Notes under the pieces: model-generated | The model's input: the letters and a program-made list of their open reading frames with translations, nothing else | What the model was told of the DNA's origin: nothing | Database searches by the model: none | Origin: a virus | Direction: 5' to 3' (one strand) | IMG/VR virus record: IMGVR_UViG_3300045988_162908 | Length of the DNA: 64,000 bases | Part shown: positions 40,901 through 49,233 of the stretch, in pieces | Position numbering within the stretch: position 1 is the first letter of the stretch | Layout of the letters: every line of letters begins with the position of its first letter | Program-made: the position numbers and the translations under genes

Positions 40901-41598
40901 TGCGCTATCACACCTTTGTTATCGCTCCTCAGAAGAACGTACAGCGAAGATTGATGGTAAGAGAACTGACCGAGAATACGGTGAACTACTTCGAGTGGTT
41001 CTTCAGCCGTAACGAGGTCTATTCAGCACCTATCTGCGCAGACGAAATGTTCAATGAGTTCATGCGAGATTGGGCTGATGCCAGTGAGGGTAAGAGTAAG
41101 GAGTATAGCCGAGCCACCTTTAAGAAGAAAATCAGGAAGTATTGCAAGAACATGAACATCATTTGCAATCCTGAAAACCTTCTTGTAGGTGAGGACAACA
41201 AGCGCCATGGTTGTTTCAAGCTTCGAGCCTGGATAACGGAGGAATACTTCGTAGGACGGGAATGGGAGAACGATGATAGCGTTGAGCCAAAGCATATCCG
41301 CAAGGTAAAGACGAGTAAGCACGTCTATTTCTTCTTCCGCAGTGGCAAGGATCATATCCCTGAAAGCTATGACGAGTTGAAACGTATCGCCAAAGAGTAT
41401 GTCGATGGTCCCGACCCATTACCTTATCGTGATGATGATGGCAACATCGTTACACTTACTACCGAAGAGGAGGAACGCTGGAAGGCATTCACCTCTCGTA
41501 AGCAGGGTAGGAGACAAGCCATACCAAATGGCAGTGATAGCAACAACAATGCTGCTGCTACGGTAGATGAAATAGATAAGAGTAGCCTACCTTTTTAA
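37909..41598 (+). CDS. primase-helicase-like replication protein (zinc-finger primase region plus P-loop NTPase)
   Basis: 1229 aa. The N-terminal CFCPFCQKK...TPHFIIY...WMCTKTGKSGYGALELYAAM resembles a primase zinc-binding region. Walker A QASGGSGKS lies at ~aa 825. Its neighbours are an exonuclease and a sliding clamp. Confidence 0.6.
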   Translation: MIYHPIINQLANLDMAFLVKPADEQHIANQTACFCPFCQKKADDGMDDSDTPAQQTPHFIIYNNERGGMYDGVGVDDDNQAGHGALRWMCTKTGKSGYGALELYAAMRNLPMHGASLLRLCHDLVVRVYGDNEKTRVKWPMLFAKMDYRTIATQTIETFSFLPKVDFNPQELAALGCDVTMVKGIPQFGFGKDFSTTMLNDDFRIYAVDKVTLPNVVRNGQLASEVIYGTPWNPLFVCFATDVIAPQGSCGCFFRPAMQQDPIVFSTCEDHSVRKVSKWLMGDKVFTYAMDHRSNNSTAVHSAIEKLQPDEPYTETKEIWVENETKEGAPKGTYHSEEEPIEVGDIKAQNIVFCRTPEDALSIYYAMRSLRQDKAQDSHFQKYCWYHVAFSLGRRNFWYIERGQWRQEKLDFNAVQYQKMKRFAERVIMLYPNDIASQRDCGAIATKYCDICYATLPDGFRSRYNQRWNWLYGCSPRSVRDYLMCYHMDDADNFKFDHDIRLPLYSRLRGANNTDPFEIEYPRDPRSGKPKPPTCKVSPTKVWLFMTCHGYYRMIDPESTDLVGQYIHLDRCFVEYIDQKSIIQATKTQLLQFTEQSWRHNNQERKMMSDCANLIDKNFSEKSAGGLQGMVIDFTESFDAHTEYFFFRNVALKITPEVIMPVSYDRLNFFIPALAKKPYDFTMRVFNPPFVISESQEYKDRVAAIAQEEAQVNEDGSPVFSREEIDQKKAELKDWAQTFRWQVDWQGKQEKELWPILRVIRGCCNMQWRLEQDCIRNKEPMSAEAIADINSHFANMISCLGRICYRSWANMQSICPYLLEDEVEDEKQASGGSGKSLMVNLVVGSAVNILRVDMKDFITIADAKFSLSDLLIYPGKFRVVHWEDKPSGFPMKYFYNKVTAGAKVERKFGDPIVFKLEESPLNVITSNSQLSDDDESTIGRFPLVSLSDRFCRDNPMQHKVARSPKEVMKNLVTDPEELNERDRNQAIYICALAVQFIMRYHTFVIAPQKNVQRRLMVRELTENTVNYFEWFFSRNEVYSAPICADEMFNEFMRDWADASEGKSKEYSRATFKKKIRKYCKNMNIICNPENLLVGEDNKRHGCFKLRAWITEEYFVGREWENDDSVEPKHIRKVKTSKHVYFFFRSGKDHIPESYDELKRIAKEYVDGPDPLPYRDDDGNIVTLTTEEEERWKAFTSRKQGRRQAIPNGSDSNNNAAATVDEIDKSSLPF

Positions 41599-41609
41599 AA
41601 GATAAAAAA

Positions 41610-41867
41610 ATGGCAAAGAAAGAAGAAACAAAAAAGAAGAAAGGCATAAGGGTAGCCAATCGCCAAGCGTGGGTAGATACCTTCGTGTATCTCTGCCCTT
41701 GTCACCGAGGAGGAACGGGACCTGGTGAGTATTGTGAAAATCCGGATGGTACCAGAACCAACTGCACGGGTAGATGCACCTATACCGGTAGCGGAGCTTG
41801 CGAACAGGTAACGCAGTTCTTCAATACATACATTAAGTTCGTCAATAAAGAAATTGAATTTATATAA
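41610..41867 (+). CDS. hypothetical small Cys-rich protein
   Basis: 85 aa, with 7 Cys in LCPCHRGGTGPGEYCENPDGTRTNCTGRCTYTGSGAC. Confidence 0.55.
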   Translation: MAKKEETKKKKGIRVANRQAWVDTFVYLCPCHRGGTGPGEYCENPDGTRTNCTGRCTYTGSGACEQVTQFFNTYIKFVNKEIEFI

Positions 41868-41881
41868 TAAATAGAAGTAAA

Positions 41882-43075
41882 ATGAAAATACAAGCGCAAT
41901 CATCCCTCTTGCTCCGTCAAGCCTTGCAGAAGGCTGCGAAGTGTGTTGACCCTAAGAATGCGATCGCCATTTTGGGAAACGTTCTTCTGACTCAGAAGAA
42001 TGGAAAATTTTTCTTTGTGTCGGCTACTACTGATTCTCAGTTGAAGGTTCCTGCACCTTTCTCTGTTGTCGAAGGCAACTTCACTGATGATGTCATACTG
42101 CACCTCGATGACATTCTGCGTCTTCTCGCTACTCTCCCTGGCGACTGCGTGATCACTTTCGAGTTGTCGGAGCAGACAGGCTCACACAGCATGAACATCG
42201 AGTACTGCACCCATAATGGAGAGACTGCCAAGCAAGGTAAGATCAGAATGGACTTTGAGGATGCAACAGAGTTCCCTCTTGTGGAACCATTCCAAAATGG
42301 AATATCTCATATCGCTCTGCCGATTCCAGTATTCAAGGAGGTGCTATCTCATGCAGGTAAGTTTGTGGCTAATGATGAGTTGCGTCCTGTAATGAACTGT
42401 CTCTGCATCGACGAGGCAGAAGACTTATCACAAGTTACATTTGTGGCTTCGACCGGACACATTTTATTGAAGGTTATTCATACCAATGACCCGAAGACAG
42501 GTGGCAGCGATTACTACCGTGAAGGCAAAGCCAGCAAGATTCTGGTACACAGCAGTTACCTCAAGATATTCTCTGTCTTTGATGATTGCGAAACGATTGA
42601 TATTGAGGACAACGAAAACGCTATCCGATTTACAGCGGATGACATTGAACTCATCTGCAAGAAGGTAGAAGGTGGCTATCCTAACTACAACTCAGTGATA
42701 CCTCGTAACAATCCTTATAGCATTGTGATGAGTAAAAATGAGCTGATCAGCGTGGTAAAGCGTGTGGCGCTTTTCTCGTCAGAAAGCAGTAATATGATTT
42801 CTCTTCAGAAGAAGGGAATGTTCCTCAACGTCCATGCTGAAGATATAGATTTCGGTACATTTGCCGATGATCAGGTACTAATTCAGGACAGTAACTGCCC
42901 TGAAGACTTCCGCATCGGTTTTAAGGCAAGTAGTTTGCTGGACTGCGTAGCCGTTATTCCTTGCGACACCATTCGCTTAGAGTTGAATGATCCAAGTCGG
43001 GCAGGAATATTTGTACCAAACGAGTCTTCGCCAAAGCAATTATCATTGCTTATGCCGATGCTCTTGAATGTCTAA
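41882..43075 (+). CDS. dnaN: DNA polymerase III beta sliding clamp
   Basis: 397 aa. N-terminal LLRQALQKAAKCVDPKNAIAILGNVLL. NDELRPVMNCLCID. GGYPNYNSVIP (cf. the FPDY..VIP clamp motif). Three-domain length. Confidence 0.85.
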   Translation: MKIQAQSSLLLRQALQKAAKCVDPKNAIAILGNVLLTQKNGKFFFVSATTDSQLKVPAPFSVVEGNFTDDVILHLDDILRLLATLPGDCVITFELSEQTGSHSMNIEYCTHNGETAKQGKIRMDFEDATEFPLVEPFQNGISHIALPIPVFKEVLSHAGKFVANDELRPVMNCLCIDEAEDLSQVTFVASTGHILLKVIHTNDPKTGGSDYYREGKASKILVHSSYLKIFSVFDDCETIDIEDNENAIRFTADDIELICKKVEGGYPNYNSVIPRNNPYSIVMSKNELISVVKRVALFSSESSNMISLQKKGMFLNVHAEDIDFGTFADDQVLIQDSNCPEDFRIGFKASSLLDCVAVIPCDTIRLELNDPSRAGIFVPNESSPKQLSLLMPMLLNV

Positions 43076-43122
43076 TTTGTTTTTTTATTATATTAAGTTG
43101 TTGTTGTTGAACTGACGTGTAT

Positions 43123-43821
43123 ATGGATGATACTTTGTTGTTTATCCCGCCTTGTTGTGTAGATAAGAAACTACCCAAGGCTGTAAGTGAGGCACCCAGA
43201 AGGATGCTTACCTTTTACACACATGGCGACGTAACGATGGAGAAATTCTTTCGCGCAATCGCCTATCTGATGGATGATGCACCAAGTCACAAGGAGAGTT
43301 TCCTTGTGATGGTGCTCTCCATGCCGGTTCTCTTAAATGAAACGGCAGTCTTTCTGCAGTTGTGTTTTGAGCGAGGATGGATTACCCATCTTGTACTCAC
43401 TACACAGAGGGACATGAGTAATCTACTGTTCACTTATTTGGAGCAATATAAGGATAAAATCCTCTATGCTAACAATAGAAATGTGAGCAGTCTTACCTCG
43501 CACATGGTGCTCTATAAGAACGATAAAGCCCTCACGCTTTCTGGTCCTATGCTGGAGAAGATGAGCGCTAAAACTTCTGCTTACAACCTGTCATTCTTCC
43601 CGAATACTTCCAACTGGGTGAATGATTTGACTTGGGGAAATCCGGTAGAGAATGTTTGCTTTCCTGATGTTCTGTATCAGAGGCAGCATGTCAATAAGGA
43701 GAAACGAAAGGTGACAGACCTGTTATTCTCTCGTTTCCTGAAGGCAGAGTTTCCACCTTACCAAGATGAGAAGAATGAGCCGATGAGCCATTCAGATCAT
43801 TATAATTTTGGGCAGGTGTAA
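43123..43821 (+). CDS. hypothetical protein
   Basis: ATG at 43123 (MDDTLLFIPP...). The ORF track starts at GTG 43117. Confidence 0.6.
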   Translation: MDDTLLFIPPCCVDKKLPKAVSEAPRRMLTFYTHGDVTMEKFFRAIAYLMDDAPSHKESFLVMVLSMPVLLNETAVFLQLCFERGWITHLVLTTQRDMSNLLFTYLEQYKDKILYANNRNVSSLTSHMVLYKNDKALTLSGPMLEKMSAKTSAYNLSFFPNTSNWVNDLTWGNPVENVCFPDVLYQRQHVNKEKRKVTDLLFSRFLKAEFPPYQDEKNEPMSHSDHYNFGQV

Positions 43822-43847
43822 CTTCTGATATACTAATAGATAATGTT

Positions 43848-44159
43848 ATGGGAAGATATACTCAAAGCTTCACTGTCTTACGGCAGTTTTGCGAGAAATG
43901 GCAATGGATAGACCCTCGTAGCAACCAACTTGTTACAGGGTATATCCATCCTCAAACTGCAAGAAAGGTTGAAAGAAAACCCTTCTATATCAAGTTTCTG
44001 ACCAAGACAGGGCATGTCGATGAAGGTGAATGTGTCTGCCTCAAGGTAGATGTGTTGCGTCATCAACGGATGGTCCAGTTCGTCAAGAGCAAGGAAATCC
44101 GTATCGTAAACGACATTTTGGTAATAGAAGTGGACGGAATTAGATTCATTACACACTAA
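43848..44159 (+). CDS. hypothetical protein
   Basis: 103-aa ATG ORF. Confidence 0.6.
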   Translation: MGRYTQSFTVLRQFCEKWQWIDPRSNQLVTGYIHPQTARKVERKPFYIKFLTKTGHVDEGECVCLKVDVLRHQRMVQFVKSKEIRIVNDILVIEVDGIRFITH

Positions 44160-44542
44160 GTTATTAAGTTATTTTGTTTAAAATATTGATTTCATATTGT
44201 TTGTTAAAAAGTTATTAGGTTGATTATATCGTTGCGAAACGAAGACGGTTTTTAAACTCTAAAAAAGTTCTCTTTAATTTAAAAGATGAATATTAAACAT
44301 TATTTTTCATGTGATGAGCTTTTAGCGAAAAGCAAAATTGAACCTTATAATGTATTTGTTAATTCATGTTATCTCCCTGGTCCGTGAGGATTGGGGAGAT
44401 TTTTGTGTCTTGATATAGGTGTAAGACTTATTTTCTGTAGAGACATTCAGTACAAAATAGATTATAGTTATAATAATTCTTAAATTTATATCTAAATGCG
44501 AAAATAAAATAGGTAAGGTATATTATTTCCCTTGTTTTTTAT

Positions 44543-44550
44543 TATCTTTG
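44543..44550 (+). promoter_or_regulatory. -7 promoter box TATCTTTG
   Basis: Exact TAnnTTTG followed by CA. The operator-like 10-mer lies 16 nt downstream. Confidence 0.5.
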
Positions 44551-44565
44551 CACCCGAAAGTATAT

Positions 44566-44575
44566 GTTACGTATA
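44566..44575 (-). promoter_or_regulatory. operator candidate TATACGTAAC (copy 3, inverted)
   Basis: GTTACGTATA is the exact reverse complement of the 35357 and 35400 10-mer, positioned at about +10 of the 44543 promoter. Confidence 0.5.
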
Positions 44576-44832
44576 TGAAATGACAAATGAGAAATGACGT
44601 TAGGGATGACGTTAAGGCTGATTTCTTGATGTGAAAAGCGTTTCTTATTATGAGAAGATAAATGATAAGATAAGTGAGAAGATAAATGGGGAAGGAGAAA
44701 ACCAAAGCTAAACCTTGTTGGATATGTCTATATGGTAGGTTATGTATTAGTGGGCAGTACTGCTTGAAACGTAAGCGATATGTAGAACATCAAGACACTT
44801 CGGGGTGTACAGACAAAGAAATGAATATATAA

Positions 44833-44877
44833 TGAGAAATGAAAAATGAGAAATGAGAAATGGTAAGTGAGAAATGA
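44833..44877 (+). repeat. cluster of TGAGAAATGA/G decamers
   Basis: Copies at 44833, 44847, 44854 and 44868, another at 44588, and an inverted ATTTCTCA at 44916. All lie in the ~380-nt leader of the 44939 gene. Confidence 0.75.
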
Positions 44878-44938
44878 CAAATAATTATCAGTAATATTGC
44901 ATTTGATAATTTCTAATTTCTCATTAAAATAAAGGCTT

Positions 44939-45337
44939 ATGACAGAAATAAAATCAATATTGTTGACGAAAGAAGCCTGGATGAGTAGCTGTTTTAGCGT
45001 GGCGAAATTTTCGGGTGGTATTACCGTCACAGGTGAAGGAGGAAAGAGAAGAGAGTTCTTTGTCGTCAATAAGGAAGGCAAAACCCTCATGCAGGTCGGT
45101 ATTCCAGCCGGTGAACCTGCTGACTTGGTAGATAAGGAGTTTATTCCTCTCTACAAAAAGTTGGGCAGAGAGAAGTTCATCGAGATAGTGAAGGACAATC
45201 CTCTATTGTCTCGTGAGGAACTGAAGAATGTTCTTAGCGAAGCTGCTGATAAGGCAAAGGCAGCAAAGAAGGCTGAGAAGGAAAGAAAGAAAGCCGAGGT
45301 AGAGGCAAAATCTCCATCACTCGATTTCCAAGATTGA
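44939..45337 (+). CDS. hypothetical protein with a Lys/Ala/Glu-rich tail
   Basis: 132-aa ATG ORF. Confidence 0.65.
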   Translation: MTEIKSILLTKEAWMSSCFSVAKFSGGITVTGEGGKRREFFVVNKEGKTLMQVGIPAGEPADLVDKEFIPLYKKLGREKFIEIVKDNPLLSREELKNVLSEAADKAKAAKKAEKERKKAEVEAKSPSLDFQD

Positions 45338-45343
45338 AAATAA

Positions 45344-45432
45344 CGCAGGTAAACAGTTTCGTAGTTTCGGCTTTCGTTAGTTTATTATACCGAGACTATC
45401 GTTTCACTCGTTACCTGCGACAAAATTATAAG
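45344..45432 (+). promoter_or_regulatory. class-3 element: stem CGCAGGTAA/TTACCTGCG, then ACAAAATTATAAG
   Basis: Perfect 9-bp stem (45344-52 / 45411-19). The tail CTGCGACAAAATTATAA is identical to 27358-27374. It lies 28 nt before ATG 45460. Confidence 0.5.
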
Positions 45433-45459
45433 TTTAATCATTAAAGGATTTATGTTAAA

Positions 45460-45939
45460 ATGAGAACATTACAAGAGTTTCAATCAGACGTGTTATCTCC
45501 CTTACGTAAGGAGAGAGACGAGAAGATGATGGCTACTTATGACCACATAAGTAGTCTGAAATCCACGTACCAGCGTGAAGGCAATGAAAGACAGGAAGAA
45601 AAAATCGCCTTTATGAAAGAACAGAAGGAGGCATTAAAGGCTTTCCTGAAGCAGCAGGCTTTTGACCTTGGTGTATTCAACGCCCAGTTGGCCACTCGCA
45701 AAACCAATTCTTTCAATCTCTTCTCTAACGGTATGGCTCGCATTAAGCAAGAGCGCCGTACCATCAATGAGACCTATCAGGACAAAATAGGTCTCGCCTT
45801 CGCCAGATATAATAAGGAACGCATGGTAGCTGGAGAAGCGCCCGTTTTCTATGATAAAATGGATAGCGAAAAAATGGCAAAAGAGAAAGACAATGGCGAA
45901 TATCAAACAGAACCTGATGCAGCCCACTCCTTCGGCTGA
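45460..45939 (+). CDS. hypothetical coiled-coil protein
   Basis: 159-aa ATG ORF. Confidence 0.65.
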   Translation: MRTLQEFQSDVLSPLRKERDEKMMATYDHISSLKSTYQREGNERQEEKIAFMKEQKEALKAFLKQQAFDLGVFNAQLATRKTNSFNLFSNGMARIKQERRTINETYQDKIGLAFARYNKERMVAGEAPVFYDKMDSEKMAKEKDNGEYQTEPDAAHSFG

Positions 45940-46453
45940 TGATCAGGAGAGGATGAGGATGTGCAAGTTCTGCGTGCATGGCCATATCAGTGACCTCGGT
46001 TACAATCATTGCTGGCAGTCTGATATTGTCACTTGGGATGAATGTTCTCCTATGGGTATCTGTAGTGCCTTTAGGGATAAGCGGGAATGGAAACCTTACT
46101 ATATAGCTCACCTCACTACTGAATATCGAGGGAATATCTGTTGGGTCAAGGCGGTTCGCAACTCTCCAGTAAAAGGCAAGAGTCGTATTTTCAAGTACGA
46201 AATCATTGATCCTGTTGCATTAACCAAGGTTACTCTCACGCCTAAAGAGTTCGTTAAGGCATATACTCCTGCCACTCCAGACTCTAAGCCTCCATATCAG
46301 ATGGATGAGTATGAGAAATGGGATGTCTATTGTTTCGGCACATGCAATCCGCAGCTCACTGAGGAACAGAATGCAAGAAATAATCATGAAGCCCATTGGC
46401 AAGAAATCCTTGCTCAGGAGGCTATAGATAAACAGATAAAAAATGAAAAATAA
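45851..46453 (+). CDS. hypothetical Cys/His-containing protein (start uncertain)
   Basis: The ORF overlaps the upstream gene by 89 nt. In-frame alternatives are ATG 45893, 45917 and 45953. Contains CKFCVHGH...HCW. Confidence 0.55.
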   Translation: MIKWIAKKWQKRKTMANIKQNLMQPTPSADDQERMRMCKFCVHGHISDLGYNHCWQSDIVTWDECSPMGICSAFRDKREWKPYYIAHLTTEYRGNICWVKAVRNSPVKGKSRIFKYEIIDPVALTKVTLTPKEFVKAYTPATPDSKPPYQMDEYEKWDVYCFGTCNPQLTEEQNARNNHEAHWQEILAQEAIDKQIKNEK

Positions 46454-46465
46454 AATAATAAGAAA

Positions 46466-47242
46466 ATGAAAGTAGTAAGATTTTTGAAAAGAGTGGGTAT
46501 TGCAGCGATACCAATTCTTGCAGTGGTTATACTTATGCTGTGTTTTAACATCGCAAGTATGTCATCTTTTAATACACATTATCCTGATAAGTTATCTCAG
46601 AAACTGTTTGCAACAAATACGTTATCTATGTATTGGTTTTTTGCGAGCATAGTTGCTTCCCTTTGGGCATTCTTTAAGCTGATGGATTGGGCAAGAGCAA
46701 AAATCCGTCAAATGGATACAGAGGAACCCGAAGCTGAGGAGCACAAGGATGGCGATGAGGGTGAACATACTAACAATGCCAGATTCAAACCTCCCTTCAA
46801 AGCTTCATACCAGATACAAGATTGGTACCACGTCCGCAGATATTTAATATCTGAAGTACTGATGCTTGATGTCTATGGTACCTTACATCTTGACATACCC
46901 AAGCAGCACGAGAAGGAAAATGATCCATTCTGGAAAGATTGCGACGCTTTCGTCTGGGCACTCTTTGTGGATTGTATTGTAAGAAATACCGGTCTTGCTA
47001 AAAAGATGATGCGTGAAGCCGAGACACTGTGCGTCATGGCAGGATGTCGTACTGTCGGATTGCGTTGGGACGATCGAGAAAGCGAGTCTTGGGTGTTAGA
47101 CTGGTACAAGCGTATGGGGTATGAGGAAATAAGAGTAGAGTCTGATGGCCATGCTCATTTCCTTGTTAAGGATTTGAGCAATAAAGCTGACTCTGGTTCA
47201 TCATCTGATAGCGATAAAAAGGACGATGCAACCGAAGAATAA
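46466..47242 (+). CDS. membrane-anchored GNAT-like acetyltransferase-domain protein
   Basis: Two N-terminal TM helices. The C-terminal ...VRNTGLAKKMMREAETLCVMAGCRTVGLRWDDRESESWVLDWYKRMGYEEI is paralogous to 60322-60702 and 56668-57237. Confidence 0.55.
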   Translation: MKVVRFLKRVGIAAIPILAVVILMLCFNIASMSSFNTHYPDKLSQKLFATNTLSMYWFFASIVASLWAFFKLMDWARAKIRQMDTEEPEAEEHKDGDEGEHTNNARFKPPFKASYQIQDWYHVRRYLISEVLMLDVYGTLHLDIPKQHEKENDPFWKDCDAFVWALFVDCIVRNTGLAKKMMREAETLCVMAGCRTVGLRWDDRESESWVLDWYKRMGYEEIRVESDGHAHFLVKDLSNKADSGSSSDSDKKDDATEE

Positions 47243-47399
47243 CCATATTCACACCATTGTCTTAGGTTCTCTTGATACCCCACCTTTCGATAAGCGCTTT
47301 GAGTCTTGTCGTAGGGTATTCAGTCCACAAGGCATAGCTCCTGCGTGCCATACCTGTGGGGGGGTGGAATAGAGCCTAAGATATTGGTGGAGTTTTAGA
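47241..47399 (+). pseudogene. possible relic of a cytosine-5 DNA methyltransferase target-recognition region
   Basis: Stop-free stretch ...CRRVFSPQGIAPACHTCGG, then a G7 run, then in the adjacent frame GGGIEPKILVEF. It resembles the R(V/I)Y..GI(A/S)PTLTA..GGG segment of C5-MTases. There is no start codon and no catalytic motifs. Confidence 0.3.
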
Positions 47400-47431
47400 T
47401 AAAAATAAACCGCAAAAAAGGTAGGATAATT

Positions 47432-48040
47432 ATGGCAAACAAAATAAAGATAAGCAGTTCCGAGCCTGTAAAATACAGCCGACACGATTTTCAGTTGAGT
47501 GATTATGTTTATGCTCCGGTATCTCTTGACGACCCATCACAAGGGAATCAGTTAGCTTATATCGATCAGCAGGATAAAGGTGGTTGCACTATTACCTTTG
47601 CGCAGACGGGCCACATGACTTGCAGAGAATACGATGACCTTTGTCTCGTTCCGATAACAGATGAATGGTTAAAAGAAAATCCGCAGGTGTTCATTCCTTG
47701 CAACGATATAGTACAGCCGGATAAAGGTTTCCGTTTTGCCTATCAGTATAAGTTCTCTGCCAAGCGTTTCCATGGCGATTTCTATATAGTGGCTTACGAA
47801 CTGCATTATGAAGATGAAGAAGAATATCAGCGGTTAGTAAAAGAAGGTCTGAGTTTCTTCACTTGCATCAAGGAGTCACAGGGCAAGGCTACGGTTGCGC
47901 AAATCGTGCGTTTTGTCCCTGGTAATGTAGATTTGGCAGTAGGAGTTATGCAGGTAATAAGCATTCACGACCTGCAGCATTTTCTTCGTCTTTGCGGATG
48001 TGAAGAACTAAAGATTCCTCAGTCTTTACTCGAAGATTAA
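47432..48040 (+). CDS. hypothetical protein
   Basis: 202-aa ATG ORF. Confidence 0.65.
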   Translation: MANKIKISSSEPVKYSRHDFQLSDYVYAPVSLDDPSQGNQLAYIDQQDKGGCTITFAQTGHMTCREYDDLCLVPITDEWLKENPQVFIPCNDIVQPDKGFRFAYQYKFSAKRFHGDFYIVAYELHYEDEEEYQRLVKEGLSFFTCIKESQGKATVAQIVRFVPGNVDLAVGVMQVISIHDLQHFLRLCGCEELKIPQSLLED

Positions 48041-48188
48041 AATATGTAGATATGGAAAATCTAAAGTCTAATGAAGATGAAGATATAGAAAAGATCTGTA
48101 TTGCCTTTGGTGTGAGTAAGGCAGCATTGAAGCTTAAACTCAAGCAACTGGAGTATTTACATAATAAACGTAATAGGAGAAGAAAGAA

Positions 48189-48452
48189 ATGACGTTAGAG
48201 TTATCGTTGGAGGAAAAGATAATCGGAACCATTTTGTGGGTATTTACGATATTCTTTCTGTTGTTGGTTTCTGGAGTATTTGAAGGTGGGCACGAGCCTA
48301 TAAAGCCATCAAATATCCCGCCACCGCCACCACCGCCTCCATCTCGTCCCCATCCTCTACTATTCCGTCGTAGATTAAGAGTAAGAACTAATAAACGAAG
48401 AAGATATGTTGTACGAAGCAAAAAAAAGAACAAAGGCTTGCGAATATATTAA
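48189..48452 (+). CDS. small membrane protein with a poly-proline tract and an Arg/Lys-rich tail
   Basis: 87 aa. TM helix IIGTILWVFTIFFLLLVSGVF, then PPPPPPPPSRP, then RRRLRVRTNKRRRYVVRSKKKNK. Its ATG overlaps the stop of a 46-codon upstream mini-ORF (48052-48192). Confidence 0.5.
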   Translation: MTLELSLEEKIIGTILWVFTIFFLLLVSGVFEGGHEPIKPSNIPPPPPPPPSRPHPLLFRRRLRVRTNKRRRYVVRSKKKNKGLRIY

Positions 48453-48936
48453 AGGTATTCTCGAAGCTGAAGAGAAAGAGTATCAGGCTTACATGAAAAG
48501 AGTAGATGAAACCGTAGGCTTCGAGTTTGAAAAGTGGCAAGGTTATCAGCCTAACCGCAGTCTGCTGAGAGAGTATGAGATAATCGCTATCTGGGTACCA
48601 TCTGAGCGATATGAAACGCTGGATAAGAAGGTATGGAAGAAACGTGATGGCAAGATGCTGGAGGATGGCTATTATGTAGCTGTAGCACCTAATAAGAGAT
48701 ACAAGCAGGGCAAGGCTATCGCTACCGTGCTTGCCTCTTACAAAGCTGTTACCGACCATTTCAAGATATTGAAGGAGTTGGGTGTAGGGTCTCATCAAGG
48801 TGGTTCTATTTCTATCACTCAGCTTTTCTGCTGCAATGACCGTTACTTTGCCTTCTTCGATGATAGTATTCGAGCCGAGAAATCCAATCCTGATTTCAAG
48901 GAAATCACGATAGGAGAGTATGAGGATATTATTTAA
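48406..48936 (+). CDS. hypothetical protein
   Basis: 176-aa ATG ORF. Confidence 0.6.
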   Translation: MLYEAKKRTKACEYIKGILEAEEKEYQAYMKRVDETVGFEFEKWQGYQPNRSLLREYEIIAIWVPSERYETLDKKVWKKRDGKMLEDGYYVAVAPNKRYKQGKAIATVLASYKAVTDHFKILKELGVGSHQGGSISITQLFCCNDRYFAFFDDSIRAEKSNPDFKEITIGEYEDII

Positions 48937-48966
48937 TAGTTATAATGAACAAAAACATTAAAGAAT

Positions 48967-49230
48967 ATGTCATGTGATTGTATTAGCAAAGTAGAGAAGA
49001 TTATCAAGGAAAAGACCAATGAGAGCGGTTGCCTTGATGCAAGTATCGGTGTTCCGTCGGGTGTTTTGAAGGTAAACATTTACGGAATGTTCCACAAGCA
49101 GAAGAAAGATGGTACCTTTCGTGAGAAGTGGGAAAAGCTTAACATCCTTCCTGAATATTGCCCTTTCTGCGGTAAAAAGTATGTTGATGATCAGAAAGAA
49201 GAGACTCAACAGAAAGAAAAAGAGAAGTAG
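48967..49230 (+). CDS. 87-aa Cys-motif protein, partner of the radical SAM gene (paralog 1)
   Basis: MSCDCISKVEK...SGCLD...EYCPFCGKKYV. ~75% aa identity to 57260-57523. Its stop is joined to the next gene by TAGCGTATG. Confidence 0.7.
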   Translation: MSCDCISKVEKIIKEKTNESGCLDASIGVPSGVLKVNIYGMFHKQKKDGTFREKWEKLNILPEYCPFCGKKYVDDQKEETQQKEKEK

Positions 49231-49233
49231 CGT

